Assembly (NCBI GenBank): GCA_013265495.1
Contig: MU058781.1
Location: 4,589,050 to 4,653,049 of the forward strand
From: Vicugna vicugna
Taxonomy: Eukaryota
Direction: 5' to 3'
DNA: 64,000 nucleotides
Shown here: piece by piece, positions 63,923-64,000 of the stretch
Numbering within the stretch: the stretch's first letter is position 1
Layout of the letters: each line of letters opens with the position of its first letter
Position numbers and translations under genes: made by a program
Notes under the pieces: generated by a model
Told to the model about the DNA's origin: nothing
Database searches by the model: none
The model's input: the letters and a program-made list of their open reading frames with translations, nothing else

Positions 63923-64000
63923 ACGGCAAGGGTGACAGAGTTCTCACAAGGAGAAATCATGACATCTTTTGTTTTCACCTGTAGGAGTACATCCTCCATA

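Overview
Non-coding mammalian DNA, almost certainly camelid: it carries seven copies of a tRNA-derived SINE matching the camelid Vic-1 type. I found no intact protein-coding exon, and the supplied ORFs look like chance ORFs or repeat-derived fragments. The window is a mosaic of old eutherian repeats (MIR, L2, L1M, MaLR/MLT1, MER21, MER58, MER63, MER20, MER5, MER2), several ERV1-type solo LTRs (one young, with perfect 4-bp TSDs) and a few regulatory-looking islands. The main finding is a ~1.9-kb AT-rich block at ~16,130-18,015. On the minus strand, read across stops and frameshifts, it gives colinear motifs of a bornavirus glycoprotein (C-x10-C..NKS, CSW/LFCCSGIS, VSDELRSSG, ILCK..SSK, QC..YYP, DHIN..DLLPY, then a hydrophobic tail). 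I interpret it as a decayed endogenous bornavirus-like G element (EBLG), cut at its 5' end by a nested transposon stack and interrupted near its 3' end by a camelid SINE. Repeat family names and the BoDV-1 G reference sequence are recalled from memory, not from a database search.
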